DNA of 64,000 nt from Ascidiella aspersa (taxonomy: Eukaryota): positions 28,272,001 through 28,336,000 of the forward strand of contig OZ004608.1 of assembly GCA_963924565.1 (NCBI GenBank), in the 5' to 3' direction. How positions within the stretch are numbered: position 1 is the first letter of the stretch; every line of letters begins with the position of its first letter. This document shows, one piece after another, positions 24,501 through 36,688 of this stretch. The notes under the pieces were generated by a model, which worked only from the letters and a program-made list of their open reading frames with translations, was not told the origin of the DNA and searched no databases. The translations under genes and the position numbers were made by a program.

Positions 24501-26853
24501 TTTTTGTTTTAAATGTGTCCGAGAAATTAAAAAGGAAAAATATTTTTTTCCCCGATGAACAATGTTTGAGAAATCGTGATTGTTTAAAATGGCCCGGGGA
24601 TTTGTTTTGAAACAAGTTTGGGTTATTCGGCTTCCATGTTCATTTAAAGATTAACTTAACTTTTCTTATCATCGTAGGTTACATATTACGTCAACCGTGA
24701 AATATCCGTAAACAAGATCTCACCACAAGTTACCCATTACGTCATGTCATTGTGACCTAAGGCCGAGTGAGAAATGCCACTGTGGAGGTTTGCAGAGGGT
24801 CGTTAAGGTAGCCATTAAATAGGCCTTCCATAACGGTGCTCGTCAACTATTTTTGGAACCGTACACACTTTTACGTTTACTGAAGAACTTGTACACACCA
24901 GGTCTTGCAATTTGTCAAACAACTAAGTAAAAACTCCAACCTGTAATTCAAGTTGCACTTATTCATATTGCACTATATTTATCCTCATTAAAGACAGAAA
25001 TCACGAGCGAAACAAGTGTTTACTGTAAAACTTAAACGCTGTGACAAGAACTAGTTATTACATCACAATAACGATTATTATCACTAGAAATATTTGTGTA
25101 TGATGTCACAAATAAATTAGAGTATCTTACAAAAAAACATGTTGTGCCGTGGGTTCTACACTCCAATCAGTCTAGCCATCAACCTGTTTATTTATTGTGA
25201 TGCCTGATCTTAGGCTTATTGTATTGCGGTATCTTGTGCACCCCATCAATGTGGTACACCCTTTAAAAAACGGTACACCTTGGGGTGTACAATACACTCG
25301 GTTGAAAGCACGGTTCTGTAACCTTTTAGCTTCACGCAATCATCGCGTGGCGCAAAATCAACAAGAACGATCGCGCTGACGTTGGAGCAAGCGCGCTCAA
25401 ACAAAACCTACACGGTGTTATGGATCTTTGGCAAACAGCAGATACAGCAGCAGGGCACCACGTTGAGCGCCACTTCCTTGTGGCGCGTCTTTTCCACGAA
25501 GGGGATCGTGCCACCGGAGAAGACCATCACCAGGTAGTAGTACTTGTAGGTCGCGAAGGCCACGTAGACTTGGTACATAAACGACAGGTAGGCCACCGAC
25601 CTCGGCACGAAGATTCCAATCAGGCCGAAAAACATGATGGCCTAAAGAGAAATAGTTACAACACGCGAAATGTGAGCGAACAAACGGATACGCTTTTCGA
25701 GGGTAGAATGCAGATTAGGATTTGTTTGGCAAGAACAAAATACTGACAAGTGATAAACTTATTTTTAGTGTTTATTTTATCCCGTTTAGTTTATTTGGTT
25801 ATAGTATAGCGTTTTAAATTTCATAAAAAATATCAAGACATAAGCTTAGTTTGTGGTTCCACAACAGAATCTTGTCCTCCTACAGAACACATAATGCCGA
25901 CGATAAAAGTTCTACACTGTTAGCAAAATTGGGTATTCAATACCCAAAATCATTGGATACTTTTTTGTCAAACAGGGTACGCTCGTGGGGATTCTCAATC
26001 AATATTTTTGGGTATTTAATACCCAAAATACCTTGGGTACCACTGATATCTACCTAATCTAAACTATTGGGTATTACATCATTTTACCTAAATTATATAT
26101 TGGGTAACATTAGCCTGTACCTAATTAAATTTCTATCCTACTACCCAAAAATTTATTTTCCTTTAATTGTGTAGCATGTTTTTTTACCCAAGAAAAAAAT
26201 CAAAATTATTTTAAGTAAACCCACTGCCCAGTTCTACTTGGGTTGTTTTTGAAGGTACCCAAATTATTTTGCCGTTTTTGGGGGTAAACTCAAGCACTAC
26301 CCAAAAGTTTCTGAATGAAGTACCAAATATTTTTAACATTATAGAAGTTTTTAATAGCTTAAGAAAACTTAAGCGCACCGATTCGATCAACAATCAGTCA
26401 GCGAGGTCTAAAACTTTTTGAGATATTTGGTTTAACGACTTGAAATATTATACCTCGAAACACAGATGATATTTTGAGATTTAATTCGTTTGCACAATGG
26501 CCAAATTCTTTGTTTTTAGCAAACACCGTGAGATTTATTTTGAAGAATTCCAGTGTCATCAGTCAGAGATACAAAATGTAGGCATAAAGTGAACATTTTA
26601 TCAACTCAATATAAAAGAAGGTTATGTTTTTTTTTTCCTACCGGATAGGTGCCGAGAATCCACAGGAGAGAATTTCTTAAATCCTTCGAATTCGACTTCA
26701 GCATTATGTAGTGAACTTCTTCGGCGAATATGAACAGCATCACGGCCGTCAGAACGCAGGGAATGGTCAAAAAGCAGATTCCTCCGACACCCCATGATTC
26801 ATAAACAACTGATGAAACATTTTTTGGAATTGTTTTAAGTGCAAACTTTAAAA
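21539..26853 (-). CDS. SLC51A: Organic solute transporter alpha-like (OST-alpha / SLC51A family); at least 7 exons, start codon not located
   Basis: Exons 26853-26642, 25641-25412, 24445-24334, 24262-24160, 22151-21999, 21861-21795 and 21695-21539, all phase-compatible. Motifs LLWILGTYP, GIFVPRS, cysteine cluster PCCCICCLP, GLFPCVPP and MARRFYR, with about 7 hydrophobic segments. Confidence 0.88.
22504..23207. mobile_element. hAT MITE in an OST-alpha intron
   Basis: Perfect TIR CAGGGGTCGGCAACCT; exact 8-bp TSD CTCTAAAG. Confidence 0.9.
23258..24007 (-). mobile_element. Internally deleted Buster/Charlie hAT transposon with transposase N-terminal remnant
   Basis: TIR CAGTGGTTCTCAAA; exact TSD CTATATAC. 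The minus-strand remnant EFTSINDHGSQKPQCVLCYAVLLTESLKINELK (23275-23460) resembles the PQCVxC..L.NESMKPSKLKRH start of Buster/Charlie transposases. Confidence 0.88.
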
Positions 26854-29810
26854 CTGAACATATGACAATATATTATTCAAGATGAACGTGTATAACCTGT
26901 GGGTATATTGAATATAATATCGAATGACGCTTATATTTACTTCGAGGTAATAATCAGAATGTTACATTTTGTAAGAAAGGCACTATGGGCTATTAAAACC
27001 GAATTTTGTCGACTTTTTGTATTTTTTTTTTCAAGTTTCATTTAAACCTTGAGGTGTTTACTCAATTCAGTAGGTCTTACCACAGCAAATATGTGCTAAT
27101 ATTGATAGATCTTCTGTTGGAATAGGTCTAGAAACTCAAGCTAAATAGTTCAGACGTCAATCCTGGTGTTATGTTTTATGGATTGCTATAAGATGGCGCA
27201 TTATCAACACTAAACCAAGTGTCACGCACGAAAACTCCACTAACCTCGCGAAAAGTTGTCGGATGTGTGGGCCAAGTACATGCACCGGTTTGCCGGTAAC
27301 AAATTGTCTACCAGTCTTCCTCCTTCCATTGTAGTAATCCTCAAGCAAGCCTTGATAACTTTGCTGCAGTTAAAGCACCATCGGCAGGTCTCCGCACTGA
27401 CAAGCGTCTGAGACGTAACTTTTCACCGTTGGGCACTCGCGGGAAACCGGGTTAATGATTGCCATGCGCGTCGAAAATATTGTCACATGTCGGTTCCATT
27501 CGGATCCACCACTAGGATAATATTTGACCAGGTTATGATTTCACTTTCTCATTTACACTATAGCCAACGTGTAGGTCAAAATAGTCAGGAAAGTTTCTTT
27601 TAGGCATTTGATTCGACCGAGTAACAAGCTTGGCGCAATTACTCACCACTTTCTGTTTAACAATTTATTAGCTTTATTGAGTGGTTCTTAACCTTTTCTG
27701 GTCTCTTGCCACTTTGCTGGTTTTTACCGTCGCTGCGTACACCACCTACCACTTGGTTTCAAAATAAACTCTTTTAATTAAATTACTTATATTCGTTGTT
27801 GGCCAAAAACATAATCGAAAGGATTTTCTCCAAGCGCCAGTCTATACTTTTTGGAAAATACTGTTGGTCGATTTAACGCGTACATACGAGAATTTAACTT
27901 CTCAATTACATTTGCACTACTTTGCCTAAACTTCGCATAAGAACCGAAATCTGCTCGCGTACCTTAGCGTAGCGCAAGTGGTACACGTAACATAGGTTGA
28001 ACCATGGTTTATTTGATCTAAATACATTAATTTTAGAGAAAATCCTATTTGCATTTTATGTCCACGTTTAGTTAATTAAAATGTTTAAGTTAATAAAGCA
28101 ATTTTTACGAAGGCTTAGAAATATTGACAGGTATGGCGCGCAGGACTATGAAACGTGTCACAATCAATGTGAAGATTTTTTATCCAGCGAAGTATAAAAT
28201 CAGAGTTTCTGGTAGTAAACGGTAGATTGAGTTGGCAACTAATAAGCCAGTAACTTTATAATGACCTTTGCTCATCCACCGTTTTGCGTTAGCGCCATTT
28301 TGCTGTGAAGCACATGACCCTGGATCACATTCTATTTTGTGATCACGCATTTTTATTGAAGTCGCCGCTTTTTTTGCAAAGATTGCAGAAAAACAAGTTT
28401 AGGTGCAAAGTCTGCTGGAGAAAGTACCCTTCACGTGATTTCTTTGTTTCCCGAACGTGGGAATTTAAATTCGAAAAGGCACCCGGAAGCGATTGGACGG
28501 CAATAGAGAGTCGCCAGTCAGCTTGTTAAGAACGCTCGCTCGATTTGAAGAAAGAGCGCTGTGCGGGAGTTTGTATGACCTAGTTGTTGTTGTACCTCGC
28601 ACGCTGACAAGCAAAAAAATAAGCCGCTGGTAAACAAGATCTCTTTTAAAGAACTTCTCTTCATATGGTATAATCCGATGTTTTAAATCGACATAAGCAG
28701 CTGTTTATTATAGTTAGTGCAAAACGTGAATCTTGCAAACGGCGTTGAGCTTGAGAGGATATAGTGGCTGATCTACTGTTGTGTATAAATTTTGCCCCAT
28801 TTACATAACATTGTTATAAATGTGGCTAGGATATGTTCGCCTTTTATAACACGCCGAAAGATTCAAAACAAAAATATTAGTAACATTTTGAAAAGGTCAA
28901 GGTGTTGTAGAGCATTTACAACGTGTCGTAAATGAGTGAGGAACTTAATTAAGACTCTGGTGAATGGTTGATTAAAATCAGTCGTTAATGGTTGATTAAA
29001 ATTAGTCGTAAGTTGTATATCCGTAACGTCCACAACATATCCTTGCGCTAATTCTATGTATAGGTACTATTAGTCCATCGGTTCAGACCGCCAAAGTACT
29101 ATTGCATTCGGTTTGGTGTCGAATGTCGGGCCAAGTTAAATTGCTTGTAAACAACACGTCACGAGAACGTTTATGACGAGAATTTGTTGCCTTTGTTGCG
29201 GAAGATAAATTTAGCTCGCAGGTTGTGTTGCATTATATGAAAGACGAACCTAAAAAAGACAAAGCACTGTACGCGTTCAGAACGAACAAAGCGTTTAACT
29301 GAGCTTAGTTATTGCTGTTTTGGAGGGTATGTGTGAATTTAGTCATAAATATGCGACAATTGTTGTACAATTATTTGATTTATTTGTGCTAATAATATAT
29401 ATGTCATCGGATCTGAGACGATACCAGCTGCCAATTATTAGTGGTAAAGATATCGTAACTCGTCTATGTAACCTGCTTTACTTTAATCACTACAGGAGTC
29501 TAGGAATTTACCCGTACTCCAGCGTTTGATGTGTTTGTACGCAATATAGTAGCATATTTAATTTGTGAGATTCGTTCTTGTATTAAATGACCTTTCTAAA
29601 AAAAAAAAAATTTTTCTGAGAAAAACCAAATTAAACAAATAAATTAAGAAATACATGCATTTAAACACACAAGACTTTTGAGGTCAATTTTGCCTTTAAC
29701 ATTGCCGAAAGTTCAAGCTGGCCATACACGAATATTTCCTATTTTGTAATCCAGCAATATCTTATATTTTCTCCAGGAATGTTTTAACTGACGTTAAACA
29801 ACAAACCGAG

Positions 29811-32800
29811 ATGAAAAACTTTTTAGCAGCATTAACGGTGCTGTCTGCTCTAACAACCACTTTTGCAGGAGGTAACTTTATTTAATTACATCAGATAATA
29901 TTGACATTTATTTTCTTATGAGAAAAATACCTCAACAACTACCTATTTGTGTTGTGCACAACTATATTGAAAAAGTAACAGATTTCGACCCATTAAATCA
30001 GCCTTTCTAACCTGTTAATTAAACTCCCCCAAAAGGCATTTTTTTGTTATTTAATAGAAGTATAAATTTGGACAGTGGTATGACAGTATCTTTGTCAATT
30101 AAAAAGTAAAAAGTAGTATTTAGCCAAAGAAACGAAATTCTAGGATTAGTTGTTTAAGAATTACAATTAATTTATAGAAATTTACGGTTTTCAATAGTGT
30201 GTAAAAAACGACACTAAAAAGCTTAAAAAATCCTCTCTCCCTGTCCAGACACAAGGCAAATTGTGCGAAATACAGTTGCAACATCTAAAAGCGTTCAACT
30301 CCAGAGCTAAATATTTTTTATATGAAATACTTTCAGTTGTCCACGTTGACGGAGATGGACGGTATAGGCTGACGTTTTGGCAAGCGTACCAGAAGTGTTT
30401 CGAAAGAGGAGCTTCTCTTGCGACTGTAGCAGACCTTCACGAGATGAGAAAAAGCGGGTAGGTGAACTAACTATTAAAAATATTTAAAGGTAATTTTGCA
30501 GGAAAATTAAACAGATTTCATTCGGGAGTCGGTTAACAACCCGAGTTTGCCCCCGACCGAAATCTAAAGTCGACGCCGAATCCCATTCCCGATTCCAACC
30601 AATTTTGCTGATTCCGATTCCAACTCTGACTCTACATTCTGCATTCCACTTATTCACGTCACTAAACTAGATAATATAGAATAGAGCAAATCTATCAATA
30701 GAGGTGTCAAGCAACCTCTTCCCACAAAAGGTGGTTAGAAAATATTACACCATATACTATTCCACCTTTATAATTAACAGTTTGTGGCCTTAAATAAATT
30801 TGGCACTGAGCATGCGTAGTCGGGCTCGGACCTCGGTTATGATTTCCCAAGTCCGATTCCAGCGTAATAAATCCGACTCCGACCGGTTTGGTCGAGCTAA
30901 AGGCCCGTTTACACTACAGCTGCACTGAGCTGAGCAAAGCGTAATTTGCATTTCAATTCTACCGTTTTGAACTTTTCACGCTTTGCTAAACTCAATCCCA
31001 GTGCAGCTATGGGAAAACGTTACGATTTGGAGCGATTTTCACGCCCATCTCAGCTTAGCGCAGCTGTAGTGAAAACAATTTCACGACAAGCTCAGCTCAG
31101 CGCAGCTGTAGTGTAAACGGGCCAAAGCTACTGTTTGTTGGGGATATTTTTCAAATAGTGCAATGCCAATTTGCTTCTACATTTTAACGAATTTACTGAT
31201 TTTTCTTTTTCCACATTTTGACGCCCTATTTACAGAAGAGACCATTGCTCGTGCGGCTGGCTAGCTGACCGCACTGCGAGGTATCCGATGAATTCGACAG
31301 AAGGCGGATGCGGTGGAAGACCTGGCGTTCATGTTTGCTACTGGCGCGACCATTGGAATGCCTACTGCTTCCAAGGTAAATTAGCTGTAAATTAACTTAA
31401 CTTACCCAACATTTTTGTCCGTCGTATACACTAATACAAACGTCTTCCGTTTCTTCTTCAATCGAATATTTTACAGTAGCTCGATTTATCAAATTATTAA
31501 ATTACCCAAAAAAATTCTAGCCGTTCAGACTACAGTATTTACATCAGTAGAGAATGCACACTGCACATCAGCCTATATATTGTACTATTGATAAAACGTG
31601 TTATTAAAGCGCAAATTTACTACCGCGAAAAATATTGGCAACCTCTAATAAATCTAAGCCTAGAATTTACAAATTTAATCGAGTCATATGTTATCAAGAA
31701 ACTTTATGTTTACCCCCATACCGATAACGCCGCAATGTCATACACATGTAAATTGCTATGGTGTAAGATAAGAACAACATGGAACGACGGACAAGACACG
31801 ATCGTTTTATATTACAACATTGAGGATTTATCGAGAAACATAGGCTGACTTTATGTAAGATAGAACTATGGACATGTTGATGCAATGTTTTGTGCAATGT
31901 AAGATACAATCGTGGTTTGTTTAAAATGTCACAGCACAATGTTTAAGGGCGCCAGATTGGAAAACAATTCCTTATTAAAACTGTAAAAACCTAAAGCATT
32001 TTAACTTTGCGTCAATACTATAATAATATAGAGATGTAGGCTACTTTTAGATTACTACTTATAACCAGACCAAAGTATTCTAGTTTTAATGTTAATAAAT
32101 ACTTTTCAGAAATTCGCATATTTGGTATATAATAAGAACACTCATTTACATGTTAAAATTATTATCATATATGTTTTTCTTATTTTCGTTATTTAAATTT
32201 TTTTATAAGAAATCTTGGTCACCAATATTTAAAGCCAGCAAATTGGCCCATCGGGTAAAAATGTTTAAGATTCACTAAACCATGCTTTGTATTGTTTTAA
32301 GTATTTTTATAATTATAGATAAGTATCCATCACGTCTACTACTACATGACAATTTGCTCGCATTTCTTACCAGAGGTTTTGTCACGTTTATGTACGTTTC
32401 TGGCAGGAAAATACGAAAGGTGCAACAAGCCGCTTGGCATGGAGTTGGGCTCAATTCCGAACAATCGCTTGAGCGCCCCTTCGGCCCACCACAACTTTTT
32501 CAACGACCGCTGGGAGCCCCGCCTAGCGCGTTTGAACCAGAAGGGTGTAATTAACGCTTGGATGCCGCACCACGATGACCCAGAACAGTACTTGCAGGTA
32601 GGGATGTCCAAACATATCGGATGGGAGCTAGTACCCATTTTGGGGTGGTAATATCGTTACATGCATGACACTATAGAGCAGCGCTTCTCAACCGGTGCAC
32701 TAGTGCGCCAAGGAAAGCTTTTAGGTGCGCCGCGAGCAAAAGGAAAAAATATTGAATATATAAAACATCCATTTTTTTAATTTCCTGTTAAGCTTAGCTC

Positions 32801-35340
32801 ATTGGTGCCACAGTACTTTCAAGTAGAACACACAATAAGACTTACAAAGCAACAATATCTTAATCAGAAAAACCTATAATACCATAGTACAAATGAAGGC
32901 CTTTTCTGGCTATTAACTTCTTATTCCGATTTCATCATTATTACGACTGTTAGGTATTAGTCCTATGTATACGCCTTATTCCACGCTGTCTTTTATTCCG
33001 AAGTTGATGTTGTTCTAATTTCTGTCTTGAAGATGGAGTCTCTTTCAATATATACAACTATAAAGCCTGTGTAATAAAAAACTTGCAAGCAATTTAAGAG
33101 AAATACCGGTACGCCAACAAAAAAATTTCGCGCTCGCTTCGCTCGCCATACAGGTGCTTCGTCATGTTGTTAGATGTCCTTAGGTGCGCCCCCAAGTAAC
33201 AAACGTTTAAGAAACACTGCACTACAGTATGATATTTTATGGGTACCTCTATAACGTAATTTAAATGATTTAAGCCATGGATCAATCTGAGCGTTTTAGA
33301 GCCCGATAGGTATTTGTTTTGGCTTACAAACAATAAAACTAATTAAGTTGCCGAACTGTAATTGTTTTTGTCTAACAACACGGAACACCTTACCTTTGCA
33401 TGGGAATTTGATTTGGCCTATTTAATCATAGTAATAACGTTATTTGCTATATAAGATTGGAACCGCAATAGTTTTTCCCGAAATATCGCGTATTTTGGAT
33501 TCGAAATAAATCCCCACTTTAAGGTAATAGAATTAAACAACCAAAACCCAATGTGAAGTAGATTTTTATAATAAATAAGTTAAACGAGAGGTTTCTGAAA
33601 ACTATCTGTAATGGTCAGCTGTGTTCAGCCTTAAGTCAGTATAACTAACTGTAGAGTGAAAAAGAACATGGTGCCCATGTTGACGTATAGGTGTAAAAAC
33701 GCCTTCGGTCGTAAAGCAATCAAAAATTTCACTCGGTTAACCTTATATGCAAAGACTACACGTTCCGATTGTTTTTATCGACAAATAGTGGACAAGCGTG
33801 CATAAAATGGTTTTACAATAGCTTTAACATTTCAAATTGGATGTTGGATGTCAAAATGTGCCTCAAAGCAGTGTTTCGCCACCGGTAACCCTATATTGAT
33901 GCTCACAAAAAATTAAATAAATAAAAATGCTTTCTATGATTAGGTTGCTTAGTTGACTGTTCTACTTTTTTTCTAAAGATCAGTTTTCATTGTATTTTCC
34001 AATGCTTGTTATTTTGTTGGATTTGCGCATGTGCCATAGGCAGTTCATGAACCATTTTATCAAAGCGGGATGCCGGGGACACTTTTCATACGTGAAAAAC
34101 GTGAAATATCTGTATAAAATCATTTTAATCCTTGTTAAGATTGTCTCAGTTTCAATAAAATCACGCAATGCCCCGTCACCTTAAAACTAACCGAGGCAAG
34201 TCCCACGCGTTAAAGTTGTTGTAAACGTTTAGGCAAGATACCGTATTAGAACGATAAGAGAAGGTTTTCCGCATTTTTTGTGATATTGAAACACCGCTTT
34301 GCTAAGGCTTCCTCGAATACTTGTTAATGTACCTTATAGTTCGTTTAATGCCAATTTGTTGGAGGCGAGTTGCCAAAATTGTAGATCCCTATTGGTACGC
34401 CGCAATTAAAAATAGTTGGCGAAGCAACGCCTTAAATTGTTATAGATTACTAAATTTGGCGACTACAACAGCGGCAAATATACAAAGGTACGTATATCGG
34501 TAAACGTATGTTTTCACAGATAAACCTAGGAGAAGCGCGTGCGGTGACAGGAATTATGACCCAGGGCGTGCGCAGATATTTTCGAAATCAGTACGTGAAA
34601 CAATTCAAGATCCGCTATAGCAAAGATGCCTCTCTCTGGATCTACCAATACGAAGGAAACTCTATCAAGGTGAAATATGCGCTTTGGAATTTAAAACAAA
34701 TAACCATGTGTTTTTGCAAGCGATTCTTCCGGATGTCTTATGTTGTTTTAAAAAAAATGAAATATTTTAATGTTTGTGTAGCATAATGACTCAAGGTTTT
34801 AGTTAGAAGAGATATTAAAGTCCATAATATAAAATAGGCGGTTAAAGAGCTATTCCAAATGTACAAAAATGTTACGCACTTTTATATGGTCTTTGATATT
34901 CCTACTATTGGTTCGAAAAGGGTTATACGTGAACACAGAATGTGTATAAAAGCGAAAAAAAAATCAAAATTTCCAACTTTTTTTATGTAACTGTAGCATT
35001 TCAGATCATTTCAGGTGTTTGTCGAGTTGTGGGTATTGTCAAATGTGTTGTAGTTTCACGCCTTTTCAAATGTGTTGTAATTTCACGCCTTTTCACTGCA
35101 CTCAATAATGTTAGCGGATTTGTTTGTGCCCAGATCTACGAAGGGAATACTGACAACGATTCCGTGGTGAGGAACATGTTCAGCGAACCCTTCCTCGCCC
35201 AATACGTCCGTATCTACCCCGTTCTCTGGAGCCAACACATTTCGCTCAGGGTCGAGCTACTTGGGTGCACAGTGGAAGAATTCGATGAAATTGAGAACCG
35301 AAAAGTTGAAACGGGAGTCTTTTTGTTAAACGGAAGTTAA
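29811..35340 (+). CDS. Secreted Link (Xlink) module + F5/8 type C (discoidin) protein, paralogue A; 6 exons
   Basis: Exons 29811-29871 (signal peptide), 30337-30457, 31236-31375 (RYRLTFWQAYQKC...LAT...[14 protein letters not shown]...CGG...NAYCF = Link module), 32407-32597, 34520-34669 and 35134-35340 (CNKPLGME...ARLN...TQG...[18 protein letters not shown] = FA58C). Confidence 0.92.
30902..31123. mobile_element. PIF/Harbinger-like MITE
   Basis: About 34-bp TIR GGCCCGTTTACACTACAGCTGC.CTGAGCTGAGC; flanked on both sides by AAA (possible 3-bp TSD). Confidence 0.65.
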
Positions 35341-36688
35341 ACGTTCAGTCAGTCAAATTGTTGAGGTTGTTGCTTACTGGGAACTCCGAATTAACTTTTT
35401 TACACTGCCGTGTTATTAAGCTATATATATGTGCCCATGTTTTTTTTAATATGAACAATTCATTAATGAAGGTAATTTATGCGTTTTGCATGTTCCCAAT
35501 GCCTACCTAATGTGTTAACCCTTAAATGTATAGTGTTTGTTTAATTGAACTTGCTCTGCGTGATTGCAGTAAATCTTGCTACAGCAGGTTGATATATCAA
35601 CAGCAAAGTAATACTTGTAATATGTAATTTGAAGTGTATTATGTAATCTACATGTGATCTTATCACCAATGACTATGTAAAATAAACGATTTCTCACTAC
35701 TTGACAAACAGTAGCAATGTAATTAGTTAAGCCAGTTGTCTTATATTACATTCAACCCTCTTATATTACATTCAACCTGTTACTCCTTTAGGTATTGTTG
35801 CTTTTTAAGTCTCATTGTGTGTTCCCCTTGACGTTCTTATAAAAAATTAAAGATAAATACACACACGTGTTTAACAACTGTGATCTGTTACAAAAATAAA
35901 GAGTGTTAAGTATACACTGTTGGTAAACTATCATGTACGACTCTGTGTTGAGTTTAGTGCAGAATTTAATTAAGATAACGTTCCAAGATATCAACTTGTT
36001 TTGGTTTATTTTGTTGTGCTGTGTATAAAATCTTTACGTAGGCGTTAGCAGTTGGCATTGCCCATGTCAATAAAAATGTTAAAACGTATCACCATGAGCC
36101 AGGACTTCGTAGTCGGACTTGGGTCAGGACTGGGCGGAGTCTGTTTATTTCGCAAGAGTCGGACAAGGACTTGGGAGTCGGACTCGACATTATTTTTTAT
36201 CAAAGTCGGATTTGACATGTGTTTAACCGACTCCGTATCCTGTCATTGGCCTTAAGAAGATGAAATGTTTAAATCTCCTCGCACTTAACGTTAAGGCGTC
36301 AGCAATGGTTGTAAACAAGTCTTACGTCAGCGCAATGGTGTTATGACCAACTTGTTGTCTATGCTTTTCTTTTAAAGAACTACTGTGTAGCCTTTAGTTG
36401 TAAAGCGGCCTTTTCATTGCTATCAAGAGACAGAGGTCTGTGAAAACCTACATAATATAAGATTAAGGCAGAGCACGTTTAATATGTCAAAATTACTCAA
36501 CAATGTAGAGATTGTTAAACTGGCACCGTAGTTCAGTACTGAGTTACAGCCGTAGTAGACGCAGATATAGATATACCGGTAATAGAAGGGCTATTGGAAT
36601 ATATCTTAATTGACTATTTACGTTTTAACAGAGTAAGACTGTTTGTGAAACTTTAACTAAGTTAGAACAAGTATTTGCGAACAACACA

